The position numbers were made by a program, and so were the translations under genes. A stretch of DNA of 64,000 nucleotides, from the NCBI RefSeq assembly GCF_006345805.1, contig NW_021832281.1, positions 1 through 64,000 on the forward strand. The letters run 5' to 3'. The notes below the pieces were generated by a model. The model had not been told where the DNA came from, did not search any database, and saw nothing but the letters and a program-made list of their open reading frames with translations. Shown here in pieces: positions 12,529 through 26,085 of the stretch. This stretch comes from Octopus sinensis (Eukaryota). Every line of letters starts with the position of its first letter. Position 1 is the stretch's first letter.

Positions 12529-12651
12529 CTGGTGCTATGAAAGCCCTGAATGGCAAAGGAATTGTACATAGAGACTTGAAGCCCCAAAACATTCTATTGT
12601 GCCAGGGTTCAAAACCAAATCCACAACCTTCGGAGATGAAATTAAAAATTG
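12529..12651 (+). CDS. ULK1/2: ULK exon (AGAMKALNGKGIVHRDLKPQNILLCQGSKPNPQPSEMKLKI), catalytic loop
   Basis: ttgcag acceptor, G|gtaagt donor, 123 nt. Confidence 0.97.
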
Positions 12652-13405
12652 GTAAGTTAACTCACCTGCTCTGTCTGTGCGTCCATCTGATTTCTACACT
12701 CTGCTCTCCACCAACTTTCTACACCAGTTACTTTGGTATCTGTACACCTATCCGTCTGTCTGTCTGTCTGTTGATTTCTGCATTTGTGTCTCTGTCTCTC
12801 TCTCTGTCCCTCTGTCTATTTGTGTCTCTATCTCTCTCACTGTCCATTTATCTCTGCTTCTGTCTGTCCACACACATGTGTGTGTGTGTGTATAAATATC
12901 ATCATCATCGTTTAGCGTCCGCTTTCCATGCTGGCATGGGTTGGAAGGTTTGACCGGGGTCTGGGAAGCCAGAAGGCTGCACCAGGCCCAGTCTGGTCTG
13001 GCAACGTTTCTACGGTTGGATGCCTTTCCTAACGCCAACCACCAAATATGGTGTTGGAAAACCCCTTTTGGATAGAAAAATTCAAAGGCTACTGTGGGGC
13101 CCACACCTACATCTCTTGTATACACGTGTGCTTCGAGATCCACTATTCCAAAAAAGAATTATTTCATATCTCCATGGATTTTTGTGAAATTCTGATGACG
13201 TTAATATATAAGTTATAACTGTCCAACGATAGCTTAGCTGGCCGTAACTTCGAAGTCACCGTCAACGACATTTTCATTTTAGAATAATAAATTTCTGCTC
13301 TACAAAAGTATAGAGGAACCCATCAGATTAGTGTAAAATTGTTTTTATTATAACTGAACCCAAAACCAAATGTGTGTGTGTTTATGTATGTATGTGTATG
13401 CATAT

Positions 13406-13635
13406 TTAACCCTTTCGTTACTGTATTTATTTTGAGATGCTCTGTGTTTCTTTCAATTAATTTTAAATATAAAAAAGAATTTAGTAAAATAACTTAGTTA
13501 TCATTAAGCTAGTGTTAGGAACATAAATTGTGACTAAGGTTTGGTGGAAGATTTTAATTCAAAATTTATGAAAACAAGACATTTGTACCACAGAGCTAGG
13601 GCCGGTTTTAACCAGGCTGGTAACGAAAGGGTCAA
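13406..13635. mobile_element. piggyBac-type MITE P1, single copy
   Basis: ttaaCCCTTTCGTTAC...GTAACGAAAGGGtcaa. Confidence 0.8.
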
Positions 13636-13771
13636 TGCTTTAAATGTCCAGTATGTTAATACCAACTTAACTGTTTGTTGTACAGATGGAGTCTCTTAAG
13701 TCAGTAGGTTTTTGTTTTTATTATTTCTTTAATTATTAATTATTAATTCTTTTAATTATGTTTATTTCCAG

Positions 13772-13845
13772 CTGATTTTGGCTTTGCTAGATTTCTTCAA
13801 GATGGCGTTATGGCTGCAACACTGTGTGGTTCGCCAATGTACATG
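13772..13845 (+). CDS. ULK1/2: ULK exon ([25 protein letters not shown]), activation loop
   Basis: ttccag acceptor, G|gtgagt donor, 74 nt, phase 1-0. Confidence 0.98.
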
Positions 13846-13927
13846 GTGAGTACTCACTGTTGAATATATATCTATCTGTCTGCGTGTCTATTGATCTGTC
13901 TGTCTCTCTCTGTCTGTCTATCTACAC

Positions 13928-14147
13928 CAGTGCTTTTCAAACTTTTTGCTGGAGCGGAACCCCAAGGAAACATTCCACTGGCTCGAGGAACCCCTGTGCA
14001 ATAATTTAATAGTCTTATGCACAAATATCTGCACAGGGGACTTAAAAATTACTGCTGATTTTTAGCAGTTTTGTAACTTCTTGCGGAACCCCTGGACTGT
14101 GCTGGCAGAACCCTAAGGTTCCACGGAACCCTTGTTGAAAACCACCG
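13928..14147. mobile_element. hAT-type MITE
   Basis: TIR CAGTGCTTTTCAAAC/GTTGAAAACCACCG; exact 8-bp TSD ATCTACAC (13920-13927, 14148-14155). Confidence 0.85.
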
Positions 14148-14282
14148 ATCTACACACACATGCATGTGGGTATAATGATCTATGTTTTACTAAACCACAT
14201 TCCCAAATCTCTCTTTCTCTTTCCATGTCTCCTTTCATCTGTCTTAAGCCAATGTCTCCCTCTTTTTTCTTTTTCTTTCCAG

Positions 14283-14443
14283 GCCCCTGAAGTCATCATG
14301 TCCCTACAATACGACGCTAAAGCCGACTTATGGAGTATTGGTACTATTGTGTTTCAATGTTTAACTGGCAAGGCTCCGTTCCAGGCACAGACCCCTCAAC
14401 AACTGAAACAGTTCTATGAGAAACATAGTGAATTGAAACCCTC
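14283..14443 (+). CDS. ULK1/2: ULK exon ([53 protein letters not shown])
   Basis: ttccag acceptor, gtaagt donor, 161 nt, phase 0-2. Confidence 0.98.
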
Positions 14444-14549
14444 GTAAGTAGACCCAAACTCATGATGCTACCAGTTATGGCTGCTTCGACCCTTTGGCAT
14501 TCGGATTACTCTGTCAGATCTAATGCTTATTTAGTCCCATTGCTTTGAA

Positions 14550-15082
14550 TTAACCCTTTCATTACTGTATTTATTTTGAGATGCTCTGTGTTTCTTTCAA
14601 TTATTTTAAATATAACAAAGAATTTAGTAAAATAACTTAGTTATCATTCAGCTAGTGTTAGGAACATAAATTGTGACTAAGGTTTGGGGGAAGATTTTAA
14701 TTCAAAACTTATGAAAACAAAACATTTGTACTACAGAGCCAGAGGTGGTTTCAGCCAGGTTGGTATCAAAAGGGTTAAGAATTGATTCTCTATTATATAT
14801 CTTAACCCTTTTGTTACCATATTTCTTCTGTTGAGATGCTCTGAGTTTCTTTCAATCATTTTAAATATAACAAAGAATTTAGTAAAATAACTTAGTTATC
14901 ATTCAGCTAGTGTTAGGAACATAAATTGTGACTAAGGTTTGGGGGAAGATTTTAATTCAAAACTTATGAAAACAAAACATTTGTACTACAGAGCCAGAAG
15001 TGGTTTCAACCAGGTTGGTATCAAAAGGGTTAAGAATTGTTTCTCTATTATATATCTTAACCCTTTTGTCACCATATTTATT
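14550..15082. mobile_element. piggyBac-type MITE P1, 2 copies plus truncated third
   Basis: Same unit and same spacer as 8172-9161. Confidence 0.8.
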
Positions 15083-15641
15083 TATAGATAGATATAACCT
15101 GAAGGGAATAGGGGGCAGATGTTAAGTGGACAAGAAAGAAGCCTCTTTCAAATCCAATATAAAGAAATGCCCTACATAGGAGGAGAGCTGTGGTTGACAT
15201 GCATTGAGGACAAGGTTAAAAGTTCAAGTCCTTAGTACAGCCACAGTGCCTTGACCCTTGAGAGCCTGGGGGATGACACACAGACAAGCAAATACATTTA
15301 CATATCTGTATACTTGGTGGCTCTCATGTCAGAAAAAAGTCAAAGGAAATGCACCCACTCCCTTTCTCTCCCCCCCTCATGCTTGAGTGTTCTGGGGGAA
15401 AGAAAAGAATGGCCTGGATAATTTTATCAAGTGGTCAAGGATTTCTTTACCACCATCACTACTACTGCTGCTGCAACTACTACTACTACTACTACTACTC
15501 TTCTATTGTATGGCATGCACTGTCTCTGTTGTCTTTGTTCTAGTTGTTTAGCCCCAGGTCAGTTCTGATTCAGACCGACCTATGATCAAAGATGTTCCAG
15601 CTGTGACCATCCTGTTTTTTTTTATTCAGACATAGTGTATT

Positions 15642-16205
15642 GGTACTATTTAAAAAGAGTGGTCCCGGTGCACTGCACGCACTCGCGCATCCGCACTAGC
15701 CAGACATGACTAGTCAATCCTACAACCACTACCTATTAATTTATTGGGGTTTTTTTATAAGCAAAATAATTTTTTAAACAAAATAAATAATTTTTTTACA
15801 CTAAGTAAATCATTTTTTTAACAAAGTAAATAAAACACAAAAACACAAAATAAATAAATTTTTTTATACGAAGTAAATAGATTTTTTTTTCTAAACAGCG
15901 TAAATAAATTTACTCTTAAAACGTTCTATGTTCTAATAACTTTCAACCAAATTTGTATGAACATTTGTTATAGAATCGACAAAATTTTCGGAATGGTTCA
16001 CCTTAAAAAAATTATTTACTTTGTGTAAAAAATTATTTATTTTGTTTAAAAGAAAAACCCTATGTTTAAAAAAACCCCATTTATTAAATTGCATATGGGC
16101 ACTTGCAATAGGTAGTCAATGTAGGATCAACTAGTCATGACTAGCTAGCGTAGATGCACAAGTATACAAGTGCATGCACAGGGACCACTCTTCTTAAATA
16201 GTACC
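15642..16205. mobile_element. Long-TIR MITE, Mutator-like
   Basis: ~95-bp imperfect TIRs starting GGTACTATTTAA; 9-bp TSD tagtgtat(t/c). Confidence 0.72.
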
Positions 16206-16764
16206 TAGTGTATCTAGGACTACATTATCTAAAGTGTATCTTTTTTTTTTAAACAAGTTACAGCATTGGCTGCTATTTCTAGCATTCAAGTGACCACATT
16301 GAGTTGTCAGTGGCTTCTTCACTACAGCTTCCACCACCACCACCACCACCACCACTACCCTTTTATAGTTGGCCCTCCCCCTCCACTCACATCTATATAG
16401 GTAGACACACAGACAGGCACAGCCCTGTGTTCAGAGTCAGCTGAATGAGTCATCCTTGAAAATGGTGACTTTTTTTTTATTGTTAAATAGTGAATGGTGT
16501 TTGTTGGAGGGGGGTGGGGTGGCAGGTAGGGGGGTGGGGTGGCGGTGTCTGTGTGTCATCATGTTTATTTGTGTATGCAATTTTTATTTATACACTCTGA
16601 GATATCTCCTCTTGGTTTGGTCATCACCTGGGGGTATCTCCCTCTGTACATGTGGATATATATATATATATATATATATATAGATATAGATATGTATGTA
16701 TATTGCCCAGGCTATTCTTACTCTAGCAGTTACACTTTCAGCACACCTGCCCCTGCTACTGACT

Positions 16765-16806
<42 letters not shown>

Positions 16807-17447
16807 AATAAATAAAACATATGCATATATACATACACATATGTATGTACCTACCGCTACATGCATACATGGGTGCAGGACACCAACTAAATGTCGAACA
16901 CTATGAGAAACGAAAACACAAACACAAAACCAAGGAAATGGACATTTTTCTTAAACAACGAAAAAATAGAGTACAGGACATACAAAACAAGTGTGTATAT
17001 ATATATATATCATCATCATCATCATCGTTTAACGTCCGTTCTCCATGCTAGTATGGGTTGGACGGTTCGACCGGGGATCTGTGAAGCCAGAAGGCTGCAC
17101 CAGGCTCCAGTCTTATCTGGCAATGTTTCTACAGCTGGATGCCCTTCCTAACGCTAACCACTCTGAGAGTGTAGTGGGTGCTTTTTATGTGCCACCTGCA
17201 CAGGTGCCAGGCGAGGCTGGCAACGGCCACGGTCGGATTGGTGCATTTTACGTGCCACCTGCACGGAAGCCAGTCGAGGTGGCACTGGCTTCGGCCACGA
17301 TTCGGATGGTGCTTTTTATGTGCCACCGGCACAGAAGCCAGTCGAGGCGGCGCTGGCATCGGCCACGATTCAGATAGTGCTTTTTATGTACCACCAGTCC
17401 AGGGGTCCTGGCATCTGCCGGGTGCCAGTCATAGGATTGGTTCAATT

Positions 17448-17497
<50 letters not shown>

Positions 17498-20070
17498 TAT
17501 ATATGAAAAAAAGGTAGTCAGGATTTGGATAAAAACTTTTTAGTGTGTTTGTCCTTGTCAGGGATTCATCATGCACCCACATATATGTACATAGGTATAT
17601 ACCTAAGTAAAGAGGCTTAAATAAACCCCAAAGAATAACCTGTGTGCATATGTTCTTAATTAAGTATGTGTGTGCGTCCATCCATCTAGGTAGTGTGTGT
17701 TAATGTATATTGTTTTGTACACACTGGTGTTCTTAGCTTCAAGCACACACACACACACACTCAAACCTTTTGATAAGGAACCTAATCTGTCACCAATCAA
17801 TCAACAATAATGTTAGTAATTACTAATAATGTTGTTGTTGTTGTTGTTATCCTCATCACTATTTTTAGTGTTTCCAACTTGGCCCACCACAAGGTCACAA
17901 AAGATAGCAGGAGAAAAAGCGAACAGTTGATAACATCACAGAAACTGTATTTTATGTCCTTCACCCTCCCCCTCCACCTCACGCCCCCTGCTCCTCTCCG
18001 TAAAGGATGACAAACAAAGTTGACCTTGGGTAGATGAAGGACAAAGTCAACCTCCACAGAACTTGAACTCCACCTGAAGATGGATGAACTGCCGCCAAGC
18101 ATTTCGCCCTGTGTGCTAACAATTCTGCCACCTCACCACCTTGATAATAATAATAATAATAATAATAATTAATTCTTTTTATTGGCCACAAGGGCTGACA
18201 CACATGATTAGAAAACATAATAATAATAATCATCATTGTTTAACATCTGCTTTCCATGCTAGCATGGGTTGGACGATTTGACTGAGGAGTGGTGAACCAG
18301 ATGGCTGCACCAGACTCCAATCTTGATCTGGCAGAGTTTCTACAGCTGGATGCCCTTCCTAATGCCAACCACTCCGAGAGTGTAGTGGGTATGTTTATGT
18401 TTCACCGGCACAGCACGAGGGCCAGTCAGGCGGTACTGGCAATGGTTCTTTTTACGTGCCACCTGCACAAGAGCCAGTCCAGCGACACTGGTAACGACCT
18501 CGCTCGAATGTTTTGTCCATGTGCCACTAAGGCGACGCTGGTAATGATCATGCTCAAATGGTGCTTTTTAGGTGCCACCTGCACAGGAGTCAGTTTAGCA
18601 GCACTGGAATCAGAATGTCAAGGAGAAACAAGGAAACATTTTGTTGTTTCTTGATCAGCAGTGATTCCTACTGAAACAGGGTCAGGGCCAGTCATTTGTA
18701 AGGAAGTGGACAGAATAGGATCAACAAATAAATGTTGAAGGACTGATATTATATTGACCTCCAAAAATGTGTCATTGTTATTGATAATTGTGATAATGAG
18801 TATTATCAGGTGCTGGGTGACAGCCACATGGAACACTGAGGAAAATATAAAACACCCATACACATACTGATTACAATGTAAACATTCAACACACACGCAC
18901 ACACACTATGTAATAAACACCGTGTGCAGGCATGGCTGTGTGGTGAATTAATTGTCTAAATTAGGCAAAAATGAAAATAACACTGCCATCTCATTTTAAC
19001 AGATATATTTTATCCCCCACCATCACCACTTGACAAATGGTGTTGGTGTGTTTATGTCCCCCATAACTTAGCAGTTCGGCCAAAGAGTCCGACAGAATAA
19101 GTGCCATGCTTAAAAAAAAAACAAGTTCTGGGGTTGATCCATTCGATTAAAGGGCGCACTGGCAGAAACGTTAGCACACCGGCAGAAACGTTAGCACACC
19201 GGCCGAAATGCGTAGCCATATTTCGTCTGCCGTTACGTTCTGAGTTCAAATTCCGCCGAGGTTGACTTTGCCTTTCATCCTTTCGGAGTCGATTAAATTA
19301 AGTACCAGTTGCGCACTGGGGTCGATATAATCGACTTAATCCTTTGTCTGTCCTTGTTTGTCCTCTCTGTGTTTAGCCCCTTGTGGGTAGTAAAGAAATA
19401 GATTAAAGGTTCAAGGTGGTGCCCCAGCATGACCGCAGCCCAATGACTGAAACAGGTAGAAAAGAAAAGACATATGTATGTCAGTATGTCAACAATGCCC
19501 TTATCGTCGTTGTTGTTGTCGCAGTCATTCTTGCTATTGTTGACATTTACATCATCGTGTCGTCATCAACCAATATTGTTGTTTACTGTCAACATGTCAA
19601 CAACAACATTCTGACCATCAACATTATTGTTTGTGTTGTTATTCCTGTTGACACCATCACCCTAATCATTGCCATTATCACTGACATCAGCATTGATGTT
19701 GATGTTGTTGTTATGTCCTCAGCGTAGCAATTGTTTTCACCTTTGCTATGAGTATTATCGTTGCTGTTGTAATTAAGAGGAAAACAAAAAAAGATATACA
19801 TACATATATATAAAAGTAGATATGGCTGTAGACAAACATTTCATATACATGCCGTGAAAGGTTAGTAGCAGAGAGCTTTCCTTCATTCAAGAAAGAATGT
19901 TCTGTAAAGGCAGGAGTTGAAGGACTTCACTGATAGAGAGGTTTAGGGTTTGATGATAGCAAAGAAAGGCCCGAGGCTATAGTAGAAGACATTAGCCCGA
20001 GGAGCCACGCAGTGGGACTGAACCCGGAACCATGTGGTTGGTAAGCAAGCTACTTACCATGCAGCCACTC

Positions 20071-20101
<31 letters not shown>

Positions 20102-20954
20102 CGATGGGCTTCTTTCAGTTTCCGTCTACCAAATCAACTCACAAGGCTTGGGTCGGCCCGAGGCTATAGCAGAAGATACTTGCCCAAGGTGCCACGCAGT
20201 GGAACTGAACCCGGAACCATGTGGTTGGTAAGCAAGCTACTTACCACACAGCCACTCCTACGCCTACACATCTCAAAACTGAGCCGTTTCCTTAAGCAAG
20301 GCCCTTTTATTTCGCATTGCTCTACACCATCCATCTAAAAACGTGTGCCCCCTAGGAGGGACTAGGGGTTAATTCTGCAAAGGAGTGATGGTCCTTTTAG
20401 GGTGGCCCTGCAGTGGTGTAGTCTTTGTGCTTTCTGTTACTTAAACACAACGCTCCAAAAATCCAGATTAAAGTGTTCTCGAATGAAGGTAGTGCCCCAG
20501 CATGGCCACAGTCAAATGACTGAAACAAGTAAATAAGATAAAAAAAATGTTGGTTTACTTCCTGTATGGTGGTGGTGGCCATGGCTGAGTTGGGCTGTAA
20601 CCAACAAGTGGTGAGTGATGGGCAGAGAGGAGACCCTGTTCAGTTCAGTATTAGTACAATAGGTAAAATCAGTTGGGGGTTGGCCCCTAGGTAAAATCAG
20701 TTGGGGGTTGGCCCCTATTTTAGGGAGCTGAGTCCTTCTGTTTGATAATCAGTGAAATCTCTGAGATGGGCAAATAACAAAGGTGAGATGATGGAGTGGG
20801 GGGGGGGGCGACAGGACACTGTAGTGTTCTGGTCAATAGTAGTCTAGTTGGGCATGGCCAGAGTGTCTCTTTTATTATTTTTTTTTTCCTGCATACTTTT
20901 GTTTGACCTGGCCGTGACCCTTCCTAGAATACTTAAACAACATCCACAACAATA

Positions 20955-21178
20955 ACAGCTCTTTTCCCTCCCTCTCTCTCTCTGTCTCTCTCTCTGTCTC
21001 TCCTCCTTCATCATCTCTCCTTTTCTTTCTCTCTCTCTCTCTCTCTCTCTCTCCTTCTTCATCATCTCTCCTTTTCTTTCTCTCTCTCTCTCTCTGTCTC
21101 TCCTTCTTCATCATCTCTCCTTTTCTTTCTCTCTCTCTCTCTCTCTGTCTCTCCTCCTTCATCATCTCTCCTTTTCTT

Positions 21179-21212
<34 letters not shown>

Positions 21213-21260
21213 CTCCTTCATCATCTCTCCTTTTCTTTCTCTCTCTCTCTCTCTCTCTCT
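20955..21260. repeat. ~50-bp CT-rich tandem repeat, ~6 copies
   Basis: ctccttcatcatctctccttttctttctctctct units. Confidence 0.85.
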
Positions 21261-21338
21261 GGCTACTACCACCATCACCACTACCACCCCTACTACTACT
21301 GTTATCTCTACCACCACCACCACTTGTATTAATTACAA

Positions 21339-21370
<32 letters not shown>

Positions 21371-21412
21371 GTTAATGCTGTTCTTGACTTTCCTCTTCTG
21401 CCTCCTCTTCAG

Positions 21413-21495
21413 TATACCCAGTGGTACTTCAGCAGAGCTAAGAGATCTTCTACTGAAGTTACTAAAGAGAAGTGCTAAGGACCGAATCAACTTTG
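21413..21495 (+). CDS. ULK1/2: ULK exon (SIPSGTSAELRDLLLKLLKRSAKDRINF)
   Basis: cttcag acceptor, G|gtgagt donor, 83 nt, phase 2-1. Confidence 0.96.
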
Positions 21496-21519
21496 GTGAG
21501 TGCAACCCCTTTTTGATAT

Positions 21520-21723
21520 GCATGCACATATATAAGTATATATATATATATATACACACACATATATATATGCACACACACACATATATATACACACACA
21601 TATATACACACACACACATATATGCACACACACACATATATATATATATACACACACACATATATACACACACACATATATATACACACACACATATATA
21701 TATATATACACACACACATATAT

Positions 21724-21766
<43 letters not shown>

Positions 21767-21856
21767 ACTTACCTTGGTAAAATACTGGCACACTATTAAA
21801 TATGTACACATACACATACAGTGTCTTCCTTTGTATGTGTGTGTATATATGTATGT

Positions 21857-21911
<55 letters not shown>

Positions 21912-21935
21912 ACACACACACATATATATAGACAT

Positions 21936-21975
<40 letters not shown>

Positions 21976-22115
21976 CACACACACATATATACACACACAC
22001 ATATATATATATATATACACACACAACTTACCTTGGTAAAATACTGGCACACTATTAAATATGTACACATACACATACAGTGTCTTCCTTTGTATGTGTG
22101 TGTATATATGTATGT

Positions 22116-22174
<59 letters not shown>

Positions 22175-22199
22175 CACACACACACATATATATAGACAT

Positions 22200-22239
<40 letters not shown>

Positions 22240-22250
22240 CACATACACAT

Positions 22251-22295
<45 letters not shown>

Positions 22296-22722
22296 TATAT
22301 ACACATACACATATATATATACGTCAACAAGAAACTATGGCATTACAACCAGCCAGGAACAGTCTTCGCTACATTTGCGGTACCTGCCAGAGGGAGTGTT
22401 TGTCCAGGATAGGACTACACAGCCACAGCAGGAGATGTATCAGGACATGAAATGTAAAAGCAGGACTAGACTATTTTATGCGCAACTCCATTGTCTCCCG
22501 AGACAGAAAGGATGCCAATACAATACAATATATACACATACACATGCAAAGAAGACTCATACTCACACACGCACACACACACAAACATACACATACGTAT
22601 ATCATACACACTACTCACAGAGGTGCACTTCACACACTGTTATGGTGTGTATACATATATACACACATGCATGCACACATACAATCATATATACATGCAT
22701 GCATACATACACACAATCATAT

Positions 22723-22753
<31 letters not shown>

Positions 22754-22930
22754 ATCATATATACATGCATGCATACATACACACACACAATCATATATAC
22801 ATACATACACACACAATCATATATGCATACATACATACATGCATGCATGCACACACACACAATCATACATACATGCATGCATACATACACACAATCATAT
22901 ATACATACATACATGCATACATAAACTGTT
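21520..22930. repeat. Compound CA/TA microsatellite block with internal tandem duplication
   Basis: acaacttaccttggtaaaatactggcacac... present at ~21765 and ~22023. Confidence 0.85.
22322..22530 (+). mobile_element. RTE LINE 3' fragment with C-terminal C2H2-like finger
   Basis: Frame from 22322: RNSLRYICGTCQRECLSRIGLHSHSRRCIRT* (TGA 22448), then tail ccattgtctcccgagacagaaaggatgcc. Confidence 0.72.
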
Positions 22931-23604
22931 AAATATTTGTCTAAATAAATAAATTCATCTTCCTTTCCTCCACTGTCTCTTTCTTTATACACACTTTTGA
23001 CTTTTGTCAAGTTGTGGTGCACCTGAGCACTGTATACAATAATTTCAATATGTTTCTTTCTGTACAGCCTCTCTCTCTTCTTCTCTTTATCTCACTGCCC
23101 AATAACCTCTTTCTCTCCTTTTATCTCCTTCATTTCCTCACCAATAACCTGTCTGTCTCCATCTATCTCTCTATCTGTTTGTCCATCTATTTATTTATCT
23201 GTCTAAGTCTTTGTCTCACACTCCTATTCGAATAACCTCTGTGAGTGTGTATATGGTGTATATATATATATATATATATAAAAACCAGCTTAGAGAAGAA
23301 GAAGAAACGAATCGAATCGACGCGAAAGTGCTCAGTCATACAATAGTGTAATAAATAAAATATATGCATACATACAAACATATATGTACGTACCTACATC
23401 TACATGTATATATACATGCAAATATATATATATATACGTGTGTACAGGACACCACAAATAGACGTAGAACTCAACGAGAAATGAAAAAGTAAAAACAGCA
23501 TGGAACGGACCATTTTTTTAACAACGAAAAAACAGAGTACAAGACGAACTACACAAGGAAAAATCCCCTTCATCAGCTGATATATTTTATATATATATAT
23601 ATAT

Positions 23605-23918
23605 AAAATATGAAATGGGACAAGAATGCAAAACATCCGGGCAACTAGTTGATACAAAAAGGGACAACAAAACAACCAGATAGGCGATACAAAAAGCCAA
23701 GGACGGCTCATTCGAAGCCTTTTATCTTCAGTCAAGAACTGGATCATCCATGCAATTTCGGTTGATTAATCTTGCGAGGATGATCCGGTTCTTGACTGAA
23801 GATAAAAGGCTTCGAATGACCTGCCCTTGTTTTCTTTGTATCGTCTATCTGGTTGTTTTGTTGTCCCCTTTTTGTATCACCTAGTTGCCCGGATGTTTTG
23901 CATTCTTGTCCCATTTTG

Positions 23919-23924
<6 letters not shown>
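23605..23924. repeat. Fold-back, ~145-bp imperfect arms, ~28-nt loop, flanked by (TA)n
   Basis: aaatgggacaagaatgc...ggatcatcc / ggatgatcc...gcattcttgtcccattt. Confidence 0.88.
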
Positions 23925-23990
<66 letters not shown>

Positions 23991-24407
23991 AAGCCAAAGA
24001 GGGTATGGGCGCCGGTATATATATTATATGTAGAAAAATACAAACTGGGACAAGAACGTAAAACATTTAGAAGACGATACAAAAAACACGGACGGGACAT
24101 TCGAAGCCTTCAATCTTCAGTGAAGAACCGGATCATCCTAGCAATTTCGGCTGATTAATCTTGAGATCGCTCCGATCCGGCCAGCCCCAAGGATAAACTA
24201 AGCTACGAGCATTAGATTTCTTGGAAAAGGGATCGAATGTATACGAAACAAGGACAGAAAAACGGACGATACCACACGAATATAAATACAAAAAACAATA
24301 ATAGTAATAAAAGGGCAAAAACAGTGGGTGTCTTACGACTATAGACAGTACAACTTAGTTTAGCTGGCGTATTTGAAAAAAAATGCCTTTATATATATAT
24401 ATTTATA

Positions 24408-24695
24408 TATCACGTGACCGACCAGACCATCAGATGTTGTTACACATCGCTGGTCACAATGTGTTCGCATTGTTTTAGCCTTCGAATGACGCCACCCCGC
24501 TGGCTAAGTGAGCAAGCCAACAGAAGAAAGAGTGGCGAAAGAGTACAGCAGGTATTGCCACCCCCTGCCGGAGCCTCGTGGAGCTTTTAGGTGTTTTCGC
24601 TCAATAAACACTCACAACACCCGGTCTGGGAATCGAAACCGTGATCCTGCGACCGCGAGTCCGCTGCCCTAACCACTAGGCCATTGCGCCTCCAC
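24408..24695 (-). mobile_element. tRNA-head SINE family E (related copy 38339-38575, +)
   Basis: Minus strand gtggaggcgcaatggcctagtggttagggcagcgg...ggtttcgattccc (A/B boxes). Confidence 0.75.
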
Positions 24696-24885
24696 ATATA
24701 TATATATACATATATAAAATGTCATCTCTCTCTCTCTTCCTTCTCTGTAGTCCATACAGTAACAAATCTCTCCAATGGTCTACATCTCTCTTTCACATTC
24801 CAACAAATCTTTTCTCTTTCTAATCTCCACCACATCCCCTCTCTCTCTCTCTAATAACCCCTCTCTCTTATTTCTTTTCTTTCAG

Positions 24886-24942
24886 AGGATTTTTTCTGCC
24901 ACCCTTTCCTGAAACCACAGCCTCCACCACCTCCTCTCTCTA
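24886..24942 (+). CDS. ULK1/2: ULK exon (EDFFCHPFLKPQPPPPPLS), end of kinase domain
   Basis: tttcag acceptor, gtaagt donor, 57 nt, phase 1-1. Confidence 0.94.
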
Positions 24943-25049
24943 GTAAGTATCTCTCATTACAATTCATTGACCCCCTAATGTCCCATCTTATTCACCACTG
25001 ATGCTCTTTGGAGAAGCTCGAACAAAGAGCCCTCAGTGTGGGTTTAGCC

Positions 25050-25528
25050 CAGCAGTTCTCAACTGGGGTCCACAAGACCTTTGGGGTTGTGGGGTCCATT
25101 TAAGATTTTGTTATTAAAAATTATCTGCAATAAATTGATTTTATTCCCACAAATCACAAACTATTTTAACATTTTTCGATCTGGAGGTCCTTGTGGTCCT
25201 TCAAACAAAAGGGAGCTCCTAAATGGATGTTTGACATGCTTGAAATAGCCAGATGTCCCTTCAAAGCATGCCTAAGAATCTTGTAAAAACTGAAGAGCAC
25301 ATTGATAAACAGATAAGATATTAATGGGTCTACCTGGATCAGGACTGACCAGGGGTTAAACACAATCATTTCAGTGGTGCATGGCACTCTGCGATGTTGG
25401 GTTTACATGATGTTATGCCTCACCAGCCAATAGGACTCAGAATTTCGACCCTAGACAAAGCCGGTGGCACAAATGTTGCCTGGGTGCCAAGGGGTTGGTA
25501 ACCCCAACAAAATGTTTGAGAACCACTG
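25050..25528. mobile_element. hAT-type MITE
   Basis: TIR CAGCAGTTCTCAAC/TTTGAGAACCACTG; degenerate 8-bp TSD gtttagcc/gtttaaga. Confidence 0.65.
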
Positions 25529-25543
25529 GTTTAAGACAGTGGG

Positions 25544-26085
25544 TGTTTCTAATGTGTCCTTCCTTGTTGTTGCTGTTTAACACCAGGTCAGTCCTGATCC
25601 AGCAGATCTATGATCAAAGATGTTCCAGCTGTGACCATCCTGTCTTTTATTCAGACAAAGTGTATCTAGGACTACATTATCTAATGTGCCCTTCCTTGTT
25701 CTTGTTTAGCCCCAGGTCAGTCCTGATCAAAGATGTTCCAGCTGTGACCATCCTGTCTTTTATCTAGGCATAGTGTATCTAGGACTACATTATCTAATGT
25801 GTCCTTCCTTGTTGTTTAGCCCCAGGTCAGTCCTGATCCAGTAGACCTATGATCAAAGATGTTCCAGCTGTGACCATCCTGTCTTTTATTCGGGCATAGT
25901 GTATCTAGGACTACATTATCTAATGTGTCCTTCCTTGTTGTTTAGCCCCAGGTCAGTCCTGATCCAGTAGACCTATGATCGAAGATGTTCCAGCTGTGAC
26001 CATCCTGTCTTTTATTCGGGCATAGTGTATCTAGGACTACATTATCTAATGTGTCCTTCCTTGTTGTTTAGCCCCAGGTCAGTCC
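25544..26085 (+). repeat. ~120-bp satellite array (~4.5 units)
   Basis: Unit cagtcctgatccagcagacctatgatcaaagatgttccagctgtgaccatcc...gtgtatctaggactacattatctaatgtgtccttccttgttgtttagccccaggt; fragment at 15545-16240. Confidence 0.9.

Noticed and set aside
21329-22952. Many YI/TH/CV-repeat ORFs (also 37656-38355, 46717-47270, 49127-49666)
   Set aside because: Dinucleotide and tetranucleotide microsatellites lacking stops
23555-23582. Minus-strand CTGATGAAGGGG as a ribozyme core
   Set aside because: No downstream GAAA, stem III or stem I partner
23780-23822. Hammerhead in the 23.6-kb fold-back (CTGAAGA...CGAAT)
   Set aside because: GAAA box is GAAT, and stems I and II do not pair
24620-24695. 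tRNA gene candidates (SINE heads with A/B boxes)
   Set aside because: No complete cloverleaf or acceptor stem; they continue into SINE bodies
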